Source of the DNA: Octopus bimaculoides
Lineage: Eukaryota
Assembly: GCF_001194135.2 (NCBI RefSeq)
Contig: NC_068983.1
Coordinates: forward strand, 130,102,427 to 130,135,704
DNA: 33,278 bases
Reading direction: 5' to 3'
In this document: in pieces, positions 12,140 to 25,489 of the stretch
Layout of the letters: each line of letters opens with the position of its first letter
Numbering within the stretch: the first letter of the stretch is position 1
Made by a program: the position numbers and the translations under genes
The notes under the pieces: model-generated
What the model was told of the DNA's origin: nothing
Seen by the model: only the letters and a program-made list of their open reading frames with translations
The model's database searches: none

Positions 12140-12456
12140 CACATACATTCAAATATGACACCAGTATTTCAAATATATGAAAGTGGAATACAGTTACGCA
12201 ATGTATAATGCAGTTTCATTTTATTTATTGTAAACTCAGATTCTCACTAACCGTTTTACCTTTCCTATATTCACATGGCAAATATGTTGGGACGCATGCA
12301 ATCCAAACAAACAAAATATGCAGTGCAAGAATATTTTATTTTAAGCCAAGATCCTGAATTGTCACTTGGTTAAGCAACGCATATTTGATTTTCTGGTGTG
12401 AGTGTTTGAGTGAATACGCTGTCGTCTTGCTGATGATATGCTTATGATTATTAAAT

Positions 12457-12565
<109 letters not shown>

Positions 12566-12705
12566 TGTGTGTGAGTGTATGGGTGTCTGTATATTTCATA
12601 TATTTACACTGTTTCAGTGTGGAAGACTTTTATAAACCATTTAAGAATACACAAAAGAACCATTGCATTCACTTCAGCATTTAATTTGTATCTGTGTCAA
12701 TATAG

Positions 12706-12798
12706 TTCGTTGCTTTGAAGCCACGACCTGTTCACTGACAAAACTTCGTGCTGTACGAAGTATTATCAGTGAATACGTTGCGGTTTCAAAGCGACGAA
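12706..12798. other. 93-nt near-perfect inverted repeat (hairpin)
   Basis: Position-by-position pairing about centre 12752 gives 46 positions with no bulge: 37 Watson-Crick, 5 G-T and 4 mismatches. Confidence 0.95.
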
Positions 12799-13552
12799 AA
12801 TATTTGGATCTTTTTTAAAACGGGGGCCACATTTTTCATTAATGTTTTACGTAGTGTTTTTGGTACCGAAAGACTTTCAAACTTCGTATACTTATCTATT
12901 TTGTGTTATAGAACAGAAAAATATTTTTGTATTCGAATTTATTTCATGTAAAAAATTGTGTTATTTCGATAATTTCAACCAATCACTGACGTCCATTCAG
13001 CCGATATACATTAAGTGCCGACTACATAAACAAACGATTCTTCGTTTTATTTGCTTTTTTCATTTAAAATTNNNNNNNNNNNNNNNNNNNNNNNNNNNNN
13101 NNNNNNNNNNNNNNNNNNNNNNNNNNNNNNNNNNNNNNNNNNNNNNNNNNNNNNNNNNNNNNNNNNNNNNNNNNNNNNNNNNNNNNNNNNNNNNNNNNNN
13201 NNNNNNNNNNNNNNNNNNNNNNNNNNNNNNNNNNNNNNNNNNNNNNNNNNNNNNNNNNNNNNNNNNNNNNNNNNNNNNNNNNNNNNNNNNNNNNNNNNNN
13301 NNNNNNNNNNNNNNNNNNNNNNNNNNNNNNNNNNNNNNNNNNNNNNNNNNNNNNNNNNNNNNNNNNNNNNNNNNNNNNNNNNNNNNNNNNNNNNNNNNNN
13401 NNNNNNNNNNNNNNNNNNNNNNNNNNNNNNNNNNNNNNNNNNNNNNNNNNNNNNNNNNNNNNNNNNNNNNNNNNNNNNNNNNNNNNNNNNNNNNNNNNNN
13501 NNNNNNNNNNNNNNNNNNNNNNNNNNNNNNNNNNNNNNNNNNNNNNNNNNNN

Positions 13553-13588
<36 letters not shown>

Positions 13589-15622
13589 TTGTATTAAATT
13601 ATTAATTCATAAAAAAGTTCACGAGAATAAATAATGAATTTTAATGTAGCGCAGAGTAATCCTAGACCACATCATTAGAAACCATGCATGTTCATCCTCA
13701 CTACGAAAATGAACTCTCCGGGTTAATATATTAGTGCTAGTGTGACCAGGAATTTACATTCGTTTGCCTTGTGTCATGACCCTCCGTCTCTGACATTACG
13801 TAATTTAATATATACACTCACATTGCAGAATGATTTTCATCTACAATTAGACTACACGTGTGTATTGCTATCTCAGTCTCTGTATGCCACAATTATAGGT
13901 TACTTAATTAATCTATTGTCAAGATAAAACTATGCGACATACGAAGTAGCTATAGTTTTTGAAATTAGTAGATCCCGGATTACTATTCAAATCACAGAGA
14001 AAAAGAAATATTTTTAAACCAACAATTTCTTATGAGGGTAGATGTATATGACTACTAATATCAGGCGCCGAATGTAACATACATGCATATTTATTCTAAA
14101 GTGAGTTGTAAAATTCATCAAACTACGTCATTAGTGTTTCTGAAAAAATAAATTGTATGTTAATTAAAGGAAATCATTTATATTCTCGGCCATGTCGCTA
14201 TAATTAGCCGAAACCAACTATTATCACACTTGTCAGAAAGAAAGCTATCGCGATGACTGATGAGGTATTAAACAAAAGTGAAACTAGTAATGGGATAACA
14301 TTTATAGATAACAGTGTATTTTAAAAAACTCATACCGTAAATTTAACTTACGTCACTTTTGTTCGCATGTACATACACACGAACGTACATGGCTATGTAC
14401 ATACATACATATACACACTTTCCCACTCATATAATTCTCCCTATTTATATTTCCATGTGTCTATCTACTTATATTTATGTGTGTCTTTATATGTATATAT
14501 TTATGTGTGTGCATACACGCAGCGACACTCAAACACACACAAATACATACATAAAGCCATATATATACGCACAGGAAATGAGTGTTTGAAATTTTGAAAG
14601 AGAGAACGATAGTCTCTCACACAGAGACAGAAGAATTGTTTTGGTCTGTGACTTCGTGCTTTCGTGTGTATGCGTGTTTGTATGTTTACGTCTAGGGCCA
14701 TTCTAAACAATATGGGGTCTTTATCGTGCTATGGAATTCATAAGACTTTAGATTATAGACGCCAAAATATCTGTTCCATCGAGAGACATTACCTCCAGTT
14801 ATATACAAAAGTATTTGCAAAACATAGAATGTAAGTTTATAAGCATTCACACAGAAACACATACACNNNNNNNNNNNNNNNNNNNNNNNNNNNNNNNNNN
14901 NNNNNNNNNNNNNNNNNNNNNNNNNNNNNNNNNNNNNNNNNNNNNNNNNNNNNNNNNNNNNNNNNNNNNNNNNNNNNNNNNNNNNNNNNNNNNNNNNNNN
15001 NNNNNNNNNNNNNNNNNNNNNNNNNNNNNNNNNNNNNNNNNNNNNNNNNNNNNNNNNNNNNNNNNNNNNNNNNNNNNNNNNNNNNNNNNNNNNNNNNNNN
15101 NNNNNNNNNNNNNNNNNNNNNNNNNNNNNNNNNNNNNNNNNNNNNNNNNNNNNNNNNNNNNNNNNNNNNNNNNNNNNNNNNNNNNNNNNNNNNNNNNNNN
15201 NNNNNNNNNNNNNNNNNNNNNNNNNNNNNNNNNNNNNNATATATATATATATATATATATACATATATACATATACATATATACACATTCACACACGCAC
15301 ACATTAACACACAAATACATATAATTAACATCATACATTTGTGTATAATGTCCATTGACATAGACGATACTAATTAAATTCGTACACACAAACACACACA
15401 AACACACACAAACATTCTTATAGTGTGTATTGCTGGGCATAATTAAAAATAGGAATGTCTGTTGCTTTAACAAATCGGAGTAGCATATATACGCATAAAT
15501 GGAGGTATTACTCTTTTGCATATACACACTGTATATATGTATGTATATGTGAGTGTACGCATGTGCGTGTGATTCTTTGTATGTGCAAAAGCGTGTGTGT
15601 ACGGACGTATGTATGATTTGCT

Positions 15623-15663
<41 letters not shown>

Positions 15664-17639
15664 TCATATAAGTATTCTGAGGTCAGAACGGTATTTAACA
15701 GAAAATAAAATCGATTTTAATCAGTTTGGTATACTTTCATCTTTGAAGTTCTTTTCATTTGAACTATTGAAATATTTTGTAACTGTGAAATGCACACATT
15801 GTCGTAAATACTTAAAAATTTTCTTGATGTATTCAGATAGCTACACATATCAATTTCCTGTTTTCGAAAATCTAGGATACGATAACTTAGAGATATTTAT
15901 CACTGTCTCTTCATTGATGGCTCAACATAAGATCTTTGGTAATACAGAAATGAATTCTTGTTATATTATTTATTACTAGTTGTGCGGTATTTGTTTCGTG
16001 TTATATTGTTGTACGTATAAAAGTAAAATTCATTGAAACAGTTCCTAAGTTCAGCTTGTTATAAATATAACGATATCTTGTAACTTTACTCTTTGAATGA
16101 CCGTTGACATTTGAGAAAACTTCACTTTCTTCTTATAGACAAACACTTGCACAAAGCAAAGTTAGGAAAGAAATCTGTCAGATTATATGTATCCAACATT
16201 ACATTTCTATGAATGTACTTCTGTTTATATAGGGGTAATATTTCATTTGAGCCAAATTTTAGCTTGCTAAAGAAGTACTTTGAAAAACCATTTGGTTACT
16301 CACTATACTAGAACAAACATGTAAATCTCCACTGTGTTTATATAGGATCTGATTGGTTAATGGTGTCTTGCGTATACAAATGCACAGATAGACTTTGGAA
16401 TCCTTTGAGCATATATATATGTATGTGATTGTGTATGTGCAAACATACGTAACTCTTTTGATTGAGAGTTGATTCCTCGTGTATGTGTTTAGTTTGGCGT
16501 GTGTGAGCTAGTACATTATCCTATTTTTGCATTCCGTGGTGTTACTAAGGAGTACTGTGCAGTTGTTATATATTATGTATATGTGTGCATGGTATAGTTC
16601 TTTATAGCTGCGCTCCGAAGCATGTTTCTTTAGGGTGGAGAGTAAGTTTGTATGCGGATTGCTTTAGGTTTCTGTTTTTGATGTCGTAGTATACATTGTA
16701 AAAATATTTTGTGCGAATATGCCGCATAGTGTGCGTGGTTTGCTATCAATATGTATATATTGCACCGTATGCATGTGCGGATATGCGCCTGTATGTATGT
16801 ATGTATGTATGTATGTATGTTTTAAATGCCTAGTGTTAGAGTGCATTTACTTTGGTTTCTCTTTGTGAATGTGTGTTCAGACGTGCAAAAATGGGAATAC
16901 ATTTTTGCAGCGAAATTTGCATGTGATATGAAATAATGCGAATATGTATTTCCTGTTTGTATGTTGAATGCATATGGATATGTTTGTTTTTTTCTGTTTC
17001 CTGTCTTCTCATTTTGTCTTTGTGTAGGTATGTTAGGCTATGTATACATAGATTCATGTATGTATGCAGATGTGTACTTGAATATATGTATTTGCATAAT
17101 GTTTAATGATGGAATCGAATATGCAGTTGGAATATGAAGATGATAGGCTATATATGTCGTTCCGTTCACGAATGTCAACGTATTGGACTTGAATATCCTC
17201 AACAGATAGCATATGCATCAACCATTTTTATATTATTATAGAAATCATATATTTCCTTTCTTCATGCACTCCATAACGTTATTTAATCAATCACTGGCGT
17301 TAATTCTGTACCCTTTACCATTGGAGGTATTACTTTGTGTAGGATTACGTAAAGGACATGAATTTATGAATATCTGAATTTGAATGATTTTATTTTGTTC
17401 GTTAAAAAGATTAGTTGCATTACTACACTTGTAACATCACCAAGAGAAATAATATATTACTTATATTGGAGAGGAGTTAAGAAGCACTACTCTTGATGCA
17501 CACACTGACACACACACTCGAACACACTTACACATATGCACATATATATACATACAGGCTTCAAATAATTACTTGAATGCCATCACTTGATTAAAAGGTA
17601 AAGACAACGTTCTAATAACAGGTTTATGTCACATCTTTT

Positions 17640-17880
17640 CAACTATGTTATGCTGTCTCATACTAAAGGTTATTCTGCTGAACCGCAGGTCAAACTGGGT
17701 AATATATATTAGAGAGTTCCCGCAACATAAGACAAAGCGAAGGGTATTCAACTATATCGATTTTATTGGTAAAGACGCAGCACTTATTACTGAGGATCTA
17801 CCAGAGGTAATGAGGAACGAAGATGCCTACCGAAGACTTATGAAAAGCGCCTGGGTTGCAGCTACTTGAAAGAGTGAGAA
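17640..17880 (+). mobile_element. 3' end of an RTE-like LINE
   Basis: ORF 17645-17869 ends in FPQHKTKRRVFNYIDFIGKDAALITEDLPEVMRNEDAYRRLMK, resembling the RTE C-terminal pattern W.P.HG.R.RGRP..TYI..L..DTG...EDL...M.DR..WR. It is followed immediately by a (TAG)n tail. Confidence 0.6.
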
Positions 17881-17883
17881 AAA

Positions 17884-17890
17884 AGTAGTA

Positions 17891-17945
<55 letters not shown>

Positions 17946-17964
17946 CAGCAGTAGTAGTAGTAGT

Positions 17965-18043
<79 letters not shown>
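17884..18043. repeat. Compound (TAG)n/(CAG)n microsatellite
   Basis: Directly visible; TAG tracts are interrupted by CAG blocks at about 17945-17990. Confidence 0.98.
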
Positions 18044-18044
<1 letters not shown>

Positions 18045-18063
18045 AGTTAAAATTGCAGTTGTA

Positions 18064-18495
18064 TTAGCAGTTGAACGAAATAAGAAAGAAGAAAAAGAAA
18101 AGAAGAAGGAACGAAGGAAGAATGAGAGAGAGAAAAGAGGAAGGAGAAAAAGAAGGAAGGAAGAATGAGAAAGAAAGAAGAAGAAAAGAAAGGGGAGAGA
18201 AAGAAGAAGACAACAACAGCAACAACGGCAACAGTAGCAGCAACAACAACGACAAGAGGAGAAACAGAAGCTGCAAGAGCATCACAAAATATAATATATT
18301 GTGATTATTAATTTTGGGCGGCCACAGCGACGTATTACGTTTTGAATAAGAGATTGATAGCTCTTCACTTAGCACTAATCCATTGAGCGAATAATGGATG
18401 CAGTGAATGGACTGCTACGAGTCATCTTACAGCCAAGCGTAGTCGATTCAAGGGGTGATAGATGCCGTTAGAGAAAGAGAGATAGACATACATAC

Positions 18496-18530
<35 letters not shown>

Positions 18531-18860
18531 GAAAGGAAAGTAGTACGAAATGAAGAGCGAAATAAATGAAAGAAAGAAATAAAGAAAGAAAGAAAGAAAG
18601 AAAGGAAGGAAGGAAGGAAGGAAGGAAGAAAGAAAAAGAGAAAGAAAGGAAGAAAGACAGAAAGAGAGAAAGAAAGATGGTATGAAGAAATGAAGGAACG
18701 AAGGAATGAAGGTAGAATGAGTGAAAGAAAGAAAGGAACGAAGGTGAAAGAAAGGAAAGAAGGTGAAAGAAAGAAAGAAGGGTAGAAAATACAGAAGAAA
18801 GACAGAAAAGAACAAAGAAATGATTAAAGAAATAGAGAGAGAGCAACAAGCAAACAAGAA
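18064..18860. repeat. Purine-rich low-complexity region with (AGAT)n, (GAAA)n, (GGAA)n and (CAA)n tracts
   Basis: Directly visible, with a strong purine bias on the plus strand. Explains the Lys/Glu-rich and Phe/Leu/Ser-rich ORFs. Confidence 0.95.
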
Positions 18861-19684
18861 GGAATATTGATTTCGGTTCTTGTGTAGTATATTCTACGAC
18901 CGGTAAATTTATTGGCAGTATTTAAGGAACTCAACGCGTATTTGGAATAGAATTCTCCAATATTCTATCCTACGCCCAATCGACTCCTCCAAATGAGAAG
19001 CTTGACAATATGAGAGAAATTCCATATTAATATCAAACATTTCTAACGGATAAACAGCGTGGGACTCACTACATACTCCACGAAAATGTTATAAACAATG
19101 AAGTCTCTTGAATTCCATTTTCTTTTAAGTCATATTGGCCGATATAAGTTAAAACTTCATTAAAGAAGAAGTCCTTGCGAAAACTTGAAAGCTTTTCATA
19201 ATAAAGTTTCTGAAACATTCGTAATTTGGGCTAAGCGTCAAGAACATCATTAACATCAGCATAATATTGCTAATGAGATTCGAGATGAAATATGATATCT
19301 TAAGTCGGTAGATGTATTTTTCCAAAATTATTTTCGAATGTAAAAGGTGAGGGCGGTTAATCCGTTTTCCACTAATTCATGCAGCACAGAAACCATGAAT
19401 GACTGCAGAAATATTTGAATCCATATAATGTTATCATTACTACTAATATGTTTGTGTCACGTTTGGCCTTGTAAATAAGTCATTCACTTTGGTTTGTCAT
19501 GGATAACATTTCTCACTGTAGACACCTATATCAGTTCGCAGCGTCACCTATTCATCACAGTCTAGATAAGTGACTGCGAAATGTCTACAGCGAAACTGGA
19601 ACTAGTAACAGCATTACATTTATACGCTTCACTGCTTAAGGCTCCCCCTCCATAATTTAAATCAACAACCGTCGTGGTTTACTC

Positions 19685-19921
19685 TCTTTACTCTATTACT
19701 CTTTTACTTGTTTCAGTCATTTGACTGTGGCCATGCTAGAGCACCCCCTTTAGTCGAGCAAATCGACCCCAGGACTTAGTTTTTGGAAGCCTAGTACTTA
19801 TCCTTTCGATCTCTTTGCCGAACCGCTAAATCATGGGGACATAAACACACCAGCATCGGTTGTCAAGCGATGTTGGAGGGACAAACACAGACACACAAAC
19901 ATATACACACACATACATACA

Positions 19922-19968
<47 letters not shown>
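19685..19968 (-). mobile_element. SINE 3' half with internal (ATAC)n/(AT)n microsatellite
   Basis: Reverse complement of the copy at 30020-30250, including exact 42-nt (19835-19876 vs 30064-30105) and 38-nt (19700-19737 vs 30204-30241) blocks. Confidence 0.9.
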
Positions 19969-20489
19969 NNNNNNNNNNNNNNNNNNNNNNNNNNNNNNNN
20001 NNNNNNNNNNNNNNNNNNNNNNNNNNNNNNNNNNNNNNNNNNNNNNNNNNNNNNNNNNNNNNNNNNNNNNNNNNNNNNNNNNNNNNNNNNNNNNNNNNNN
20101 NNNNNNNNNNNNNNNNNNNNNNNNNNNNNNNNNNNNNNNNNNNNNNNNNNNNNNNNNNNNNNNNNNNNNNNNNTATGTATATACGTTCAAGCACATGTAC
20201 ATATAGATACATAACTGGGTACATGACGTGGCAAAAGAACAAGGACAAAAATGGTAAACAAGGTGCAACAAACAAGCAGGCCAGATAGAAACATCCCCTT
20301 CATCAGCTGCCACCATTAAAACTCCGGCGTTTCGAAGAATTAAGGCAGTACGCATCGTTAAAATGGTTCTTCCCACGAACACAAATGAAATTGTTTTCGT
20401 GGAGGGTAGTGGCGGACGGAAAACAAGACAGGAAAATGAAACGGTGAAATAAACAAACAAAAAGGCTGTACAGCCAGACGTGAAGTGTG

Positions 20490-20637
20490 TACGGGCTTCT
20501 TTCAATTTCCGTCTATCAAATCCACTCACAAGGATTTGGTCGGCCCGAGGCTATAGTAGAAGTCATTTGCCTAAGGTGCCACGCAGTGGGACTGAACCCG
20601 GAACCATGCTTACCACACAGTCACAACCTTCGCCTAT
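20490..20637 (-). mobile_element. tRNA-derived SINE head (probably the 5' part of the 19685-19968 element)
   Basis: The minus strand reads ...GTGACTGTGTGGTAAG...CATGGTTCCGGGTTCAGTCCCACTG..., with an A-box-like segment and a B-box-like GGTTCAGTCC. Linkage to the 3' half is from recall of the family structure. Confidence 0.65.
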
Positions 20638-21164
20638 ATAAAACACCTAATCATTTATGATTTTGTTGACTTTTGTGTGTATGTAAGGAAACACAGCATA
20701 TCTCTGAAAAAACATGCTTCTCAATTCCGTTATTTCCTTCTTCCAAACTCGTATAGCACTTGAACTAAATTTGTCTACCGATTCCTTAAAACACATTGTA
20801 TAATACTAAATTTGAGGAAACAATGTGATCGATGGTCAATGAAGACGGTGTCGTACTCTCTATCAATTCAACTATTGTACAATATGTATTGCGAGTTCAA
20901 GGTCAAGCAATTACGTCATTCACAGAACTCCGAATTTTATTGGGCGGATGACCTATGACACAGAGAATCTGATGAAAATTCATGAGATATGTCTCGTAAA
21001 CATCATTTTTAACAATCTACAGATGACGGTGTGGTACGACATTCCGTGCAAGCCGTGACATTAATTAAGGTTGCTCTAAGCAATTCATCACCATCTCGTA
21101 GTCTCGATGTGGGTCCATGTGACAGCGAATTATTTCCTTCACACACACACACACACAACACACC

Positions 21165-21198
<34 letters not shown>

Positions 21199-22169
21199 AC
21201 ACACACTCACTCAAACACACATTCACACACACACACATATATTCAACTATATGTTACATTTAATATGTATCTCCTTTCGACTGCAGCATATTTCCCGCGG
21301 TACAGTCTCTTATGGATCTGCTTTTCTAGTAAGCCAACATATCTCAGTCAGTATGATACTCTGCCCCTGCAGGGAGAGTGGTTCTTTCGGGCGTTTTCAA
21401 TGACCGGTTTTTGTTGGACAGAAAATTGCTCAGCAGTGTAATCAGTCTTAGCTAACTATTAAAACATTATAAACATATGGACGTGTGTAATACCCTCAAT
21501 CATTACATCAGTATGCGAATCTCTCTGGAAAAAGTTTGGTAGTTAGTTTCTCGCACTAATATTGAAGAGACTAATAACATTCAGTCGAATTTTCACACCA
21601 TAATTAATTAATTCTACCATTCTTTAAAGAAAGGTTAGAAGTTAATTATTCTATATTGTCCTAGCACAAAACTATTTCGACATTTACATTACAGAAATGA
21701 TAATTCAGGTTAGTCTAAAGACGAGTGCCGTTCACATCAATATAGTGTCTCATATCATTGTCTTTGATGTATTTGATAGTTCTGTAATATTATGTAACTA
21801 ACATTAATCACAATGTTGATTGGAGATTTCACCAGTCTAATCATTCTTTAAGTATGAATAATTACAATAAAAGTAATTGCTTAACTGGCCGATTAATTGT
21901 TACTTGCCAGAATGTAAATGTAAAAGAAAAACAGGTTGTAGAATATTAACGATAGGATTTGATGGAATGCTTCAGATTTCATATCGATTTCAGTAATAAA
22001 ATTTGAAGTTATCTCGGCATAAGCAAATAAAAAAAGTTGATACGTTCCTGATAATTTTAAGACAGATCCAATGGAACTTATAATAAATTGTGTTCGAATA
22101 GCATGCAAAACATTACCTTTTCAAGTAATACAACAATCTTTTCAACTAGGAACTATATTGGTTTCAAAT

Positions 22170-22275
22170 ATTGGCACAGCAATTTCAGAGAAGTGGTAAA
22201 TTGATTACGGCGATCCCAGTTATCAAGTGCCGAAACGATGAAAGACTAAGTCGACCTCGGCAGAATTTCTACTGA
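22170..22275 (-). mobile_element. Degenerate SINE central-domain fragment
   Basis: The minus strand contains CTGCCGAGGTCGACTTAGTCTTTCATCGTTTCGGCAC, resembling the conserved GTCGACTTTGCCTTTCATCCTTTCGGGGTCGA SINE domain (recalled). Confidence 0.45.
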
Positions 22276-22489
22276 TAAATTGATAACGGGCTATTTTTAT
22301 TGTTTTTTTTTTTCCTTTCCCCGGTAGGTAATGGTTCAGCTTGGTCGCCACCCTAACAAGTTTATATATACATAATATAATATATAGTCCTTCTCCATAT
22401 GTTTTACTCTATACATGCATACACACATACAACCCACACACAAACACATTTATCGCTATATTTATAGATGCATATATCTGTGTGCATCC

Positions 22490-22775
22490 CAGTCATGAGA
22501 TAGTGATTTCGATATTCAGACCGGGCTACGTGTTGTTTTCTTATATCTTGTTGCTGCAGTTCACTCAGCTGTAGAAATGAGGTACGACGTTACTAGTGCC
22601 AAGCTGTGTCGACCTTTGCCTTTCCCTCGGTACATATCAATGGCGTGGAGTGAATAGGCTGGTATTTTGGGGCCTCTGCTGGTCTTTCATAAAGAAACTT
22701 GCCCAGACTAGTGCCTCGGAGAGTTACTTTCTAGGTGCAATCTCATGGTCATTCGCGACCCCTTTTATTATGCGT
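22490..22775 (+). mobile_element. tRNA-derived SINE, 5'-eroded
   Basis: B-box-like GATTTCGATATTCAGACCGGG, then GTTGCTGCAGTTCACTCAGCTGTAGAAATGAG (typical SINE central domain) and a GC-richer body. Family identity is from recall. Confidence 0.55.
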
Positions 22776-23625
22776 ACCATCCCAAAAGTAATTATAGGTC
22801 CGGGCCTCATTGTCTCTACGTAAATACATACGCATCAATGGACGCTCATATACACACGAAGTTCAAGAGAAATAAAATGTTCTGAACACAAAGTATTTAA
22901 ATAAAAATACAGTAATACAATTTCACAACACACACATTAAATATAAACGGCACCACATACTTAAGCGAAAGCGCGCACTCATAGATGCACACATACAAAT
23001 ATACACTACACGACGTTGTTATGCACACATTCCCTTTCAAACTTTTAATCACATACCCTCTCATATATCTTCAATCACTTCCATATAAAGATAAATATAG
23101 ACTCTTTAAACTAGGAGACAGGGAGAGAGACTGGAAGCAAAACCGAAGAAAATAGAGCATAGTTTTTGAGGATGTGATTTGCAAAGAAATACGTTTTACT
23201 CACCAAGCTCATTCCTTGAATTTATAAGGATTATTGAAACAGCCGATCAGTCAAGCGTTTAAATATATACGAATTGTCTGTTTATAATATAAATTTGTAG
23301 TATAATATATAGATTCAGAAAATCGGGTGACTATTGCAGAAAGCTCCTCTTATGAACTCGTCTAACAGTCCATATAATACTGCCACAGATAAAAGTGTAC
23401 TGTAGAGTGACCAGACAGCGTAAAGCCTGAATACCCGGTAGATGAACCTACCTCATGCGGACTATATAAAATATAAAACGTATTGAGGGATGAATACATC
23501 CATGTAACTACTTCACACTAAAGAGTACAGCTGTCACGCAGCTTTCATCATTATTAATATATGAAAGAAGGTGGCAAAACGGCTGTAACTCTAAAAGAGT
23601 CAAGTAGTTATGTGTGTGTGCGCAC

Positions 23626-23689
<64 letters not shown>

Positions 23690-24099
23690 ACGTTTCATTG
23701 CCACTAAAGCATGGCTGTTCTATAATGAAGTATGTTGCTACAACTTAGCCCTAGGAAAACGTCTTTTGCAACTGGTTAACGACACGCAACCCGATATATA
23801 GTGAGTCTGAGTGAACGTGTTTGTTGCAGTCCCAAATAATTGTGGATCTCTGAATATATTCTGCCAAGTGCCGTACAGGATGATCATGTGATTAGGTTTA
23901 TAATATTATTTGGAAGTTCCACGCTACATTCGCTTCATCTTTAGTCTCTTATTTTTGATTTGTACAATCGCGTGTCAGAAATTCTCTCAACTGCGTCTAA
24001 AAACGTTTTTTTTTTTTCTAATATTTCCTAGCATTATTATTTATATATCCGTTGATATTTTCTGTCAATATGTCCTATTTTGAAACACATACGGAATCT

Positions 24100-25360
24100 T
24101 GTATGAGATGGCCTGAATCGGTTAAACCACCTCCCAACAACGGTCAACAAAGAAAATATCATTACCTTAGTTGATGTAGTAAACCATGCCCCAGTACTAA
24201 TATGGGCTTGAGACAATAGATTTATAGCCCCAAAAATTCACTCGTGTTATAGCAGAGGCAATCGAAAGCAATTTCTTCACCGAAAGATTAAAATTCCTCC
24301 TTGAAAATAAGTTTTTTGACTTTCATGTCAATGTTTACAAGTATGTACCTGGGACTGCGTTCGATACAAAAGATGCTCCAACTTACACCAATTTAGTCAT
24401 GGTATGCATGGTGGTCCAGGTATATGAACGATCTAAATTAGCTTATAGCTGGGACCTATATACATATTTGCTAGATAACGGAAGTCATTACTTAGATAAC
24501 TGTCTGATTCTGTGGATGCATATATTTGACCAGCTTATTGATTTCTAAAATCTCGTTGATACCAAAAACAATAGTATTAACTTCACCATGGAATACAGTA
24601 AAACTCAACTACCATTCCTGTACATTCTAATAACCGACGCAGACACAAAATATTCAAAAAGACATTAATTACAAAGTAAATGTTTCTAGACAATACCTGC
24701 TGTTCTACGCGTGCCATTACAACCACGAGAAGATTAATATGCCATTTAATATAGCAAGAAGAATCTGCACAATTGTTTCAAAATGTAGAGCTCTTAATGA
24801 AAGACTCCAGATATTAGAACAAAATAATTGAAAAAACAAACAGTCGTCAATGTTATTATACAATGGAAAAGAGCGTGTCAAATCAAAGGATATTCAAGAA
24901 TTAGGAGAAACAAAGCAGAAACACTTCAGATACGCCAAAGTCTTTAACCTTTAACATTTATTACAGCACTCAACCGAACCAAACAAGGGATTACAACATT
25001 ATTTACCAGATTATTCCACATTTGAGACACCACCCAAGAATGAAACAACCACTAGAAATACACAAGAGCAAATGAAGATCAAAATACCTCACAAGACTAC
25101 TCATTAGTGCTAAATTACTCTCTACAAAACCCACGCTATGAATCACAATGTGTGACCATCATACAAAGGTGGATTGCATCAACCTCATTAAAGATACGTG
25201 TGAATAAATTCTCAACTTTAACACGATCTGAAATTTAACAAATTATGTTCTCTCTGACATTTCCCTGCTAGAAACTACCATACAACCTGAATATCACTTC
25301 ACAGAACTGAGCATAACCTAAACAAGATAACAGAAACTATAACAAACCAAGGCGAAATGA
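24100..25360 (+). mobile_element. Decayed Penelope-like element, reverse transcriptase region
   Basis: Plus-strand translation gives GTAFDTKDAPTYTNLVM (about GTAMGTKMAPTYANL), HYLDNCLILW (about RYLDD, catalytic), NFTMEYSKTQLPFLYILI and QYLLFYACH..HEKINMPFNIARRICTIVS, with stops and frameshifts. The extent beyond about 24850 is less certain. Confidence 0.85.
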
Positions 25361-25489
25361 AATGCACAAGAGCTCGATCATGAGTGAGCTGGCCAAACCC
25401 CCGGTGTCAAGAACATTATATATATATATGTGTGTGTGTGTGTCTGTGTGTGTGTCTCTGTCTGTGTGTGTGTGTGTGTATGTGTGGCA

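Noticed and set aside
20841-21037. 14/16 repeat GA.GACGGTGT.GTAC at 20841 and 21022
   Set aside because: Expected by chance; the alignment does not extend.
23204-23277. Minus-strand AG...|GTGAGT exon-like segment
   Set aside because: Stops in all three frames and no supporting neighbouring exons.
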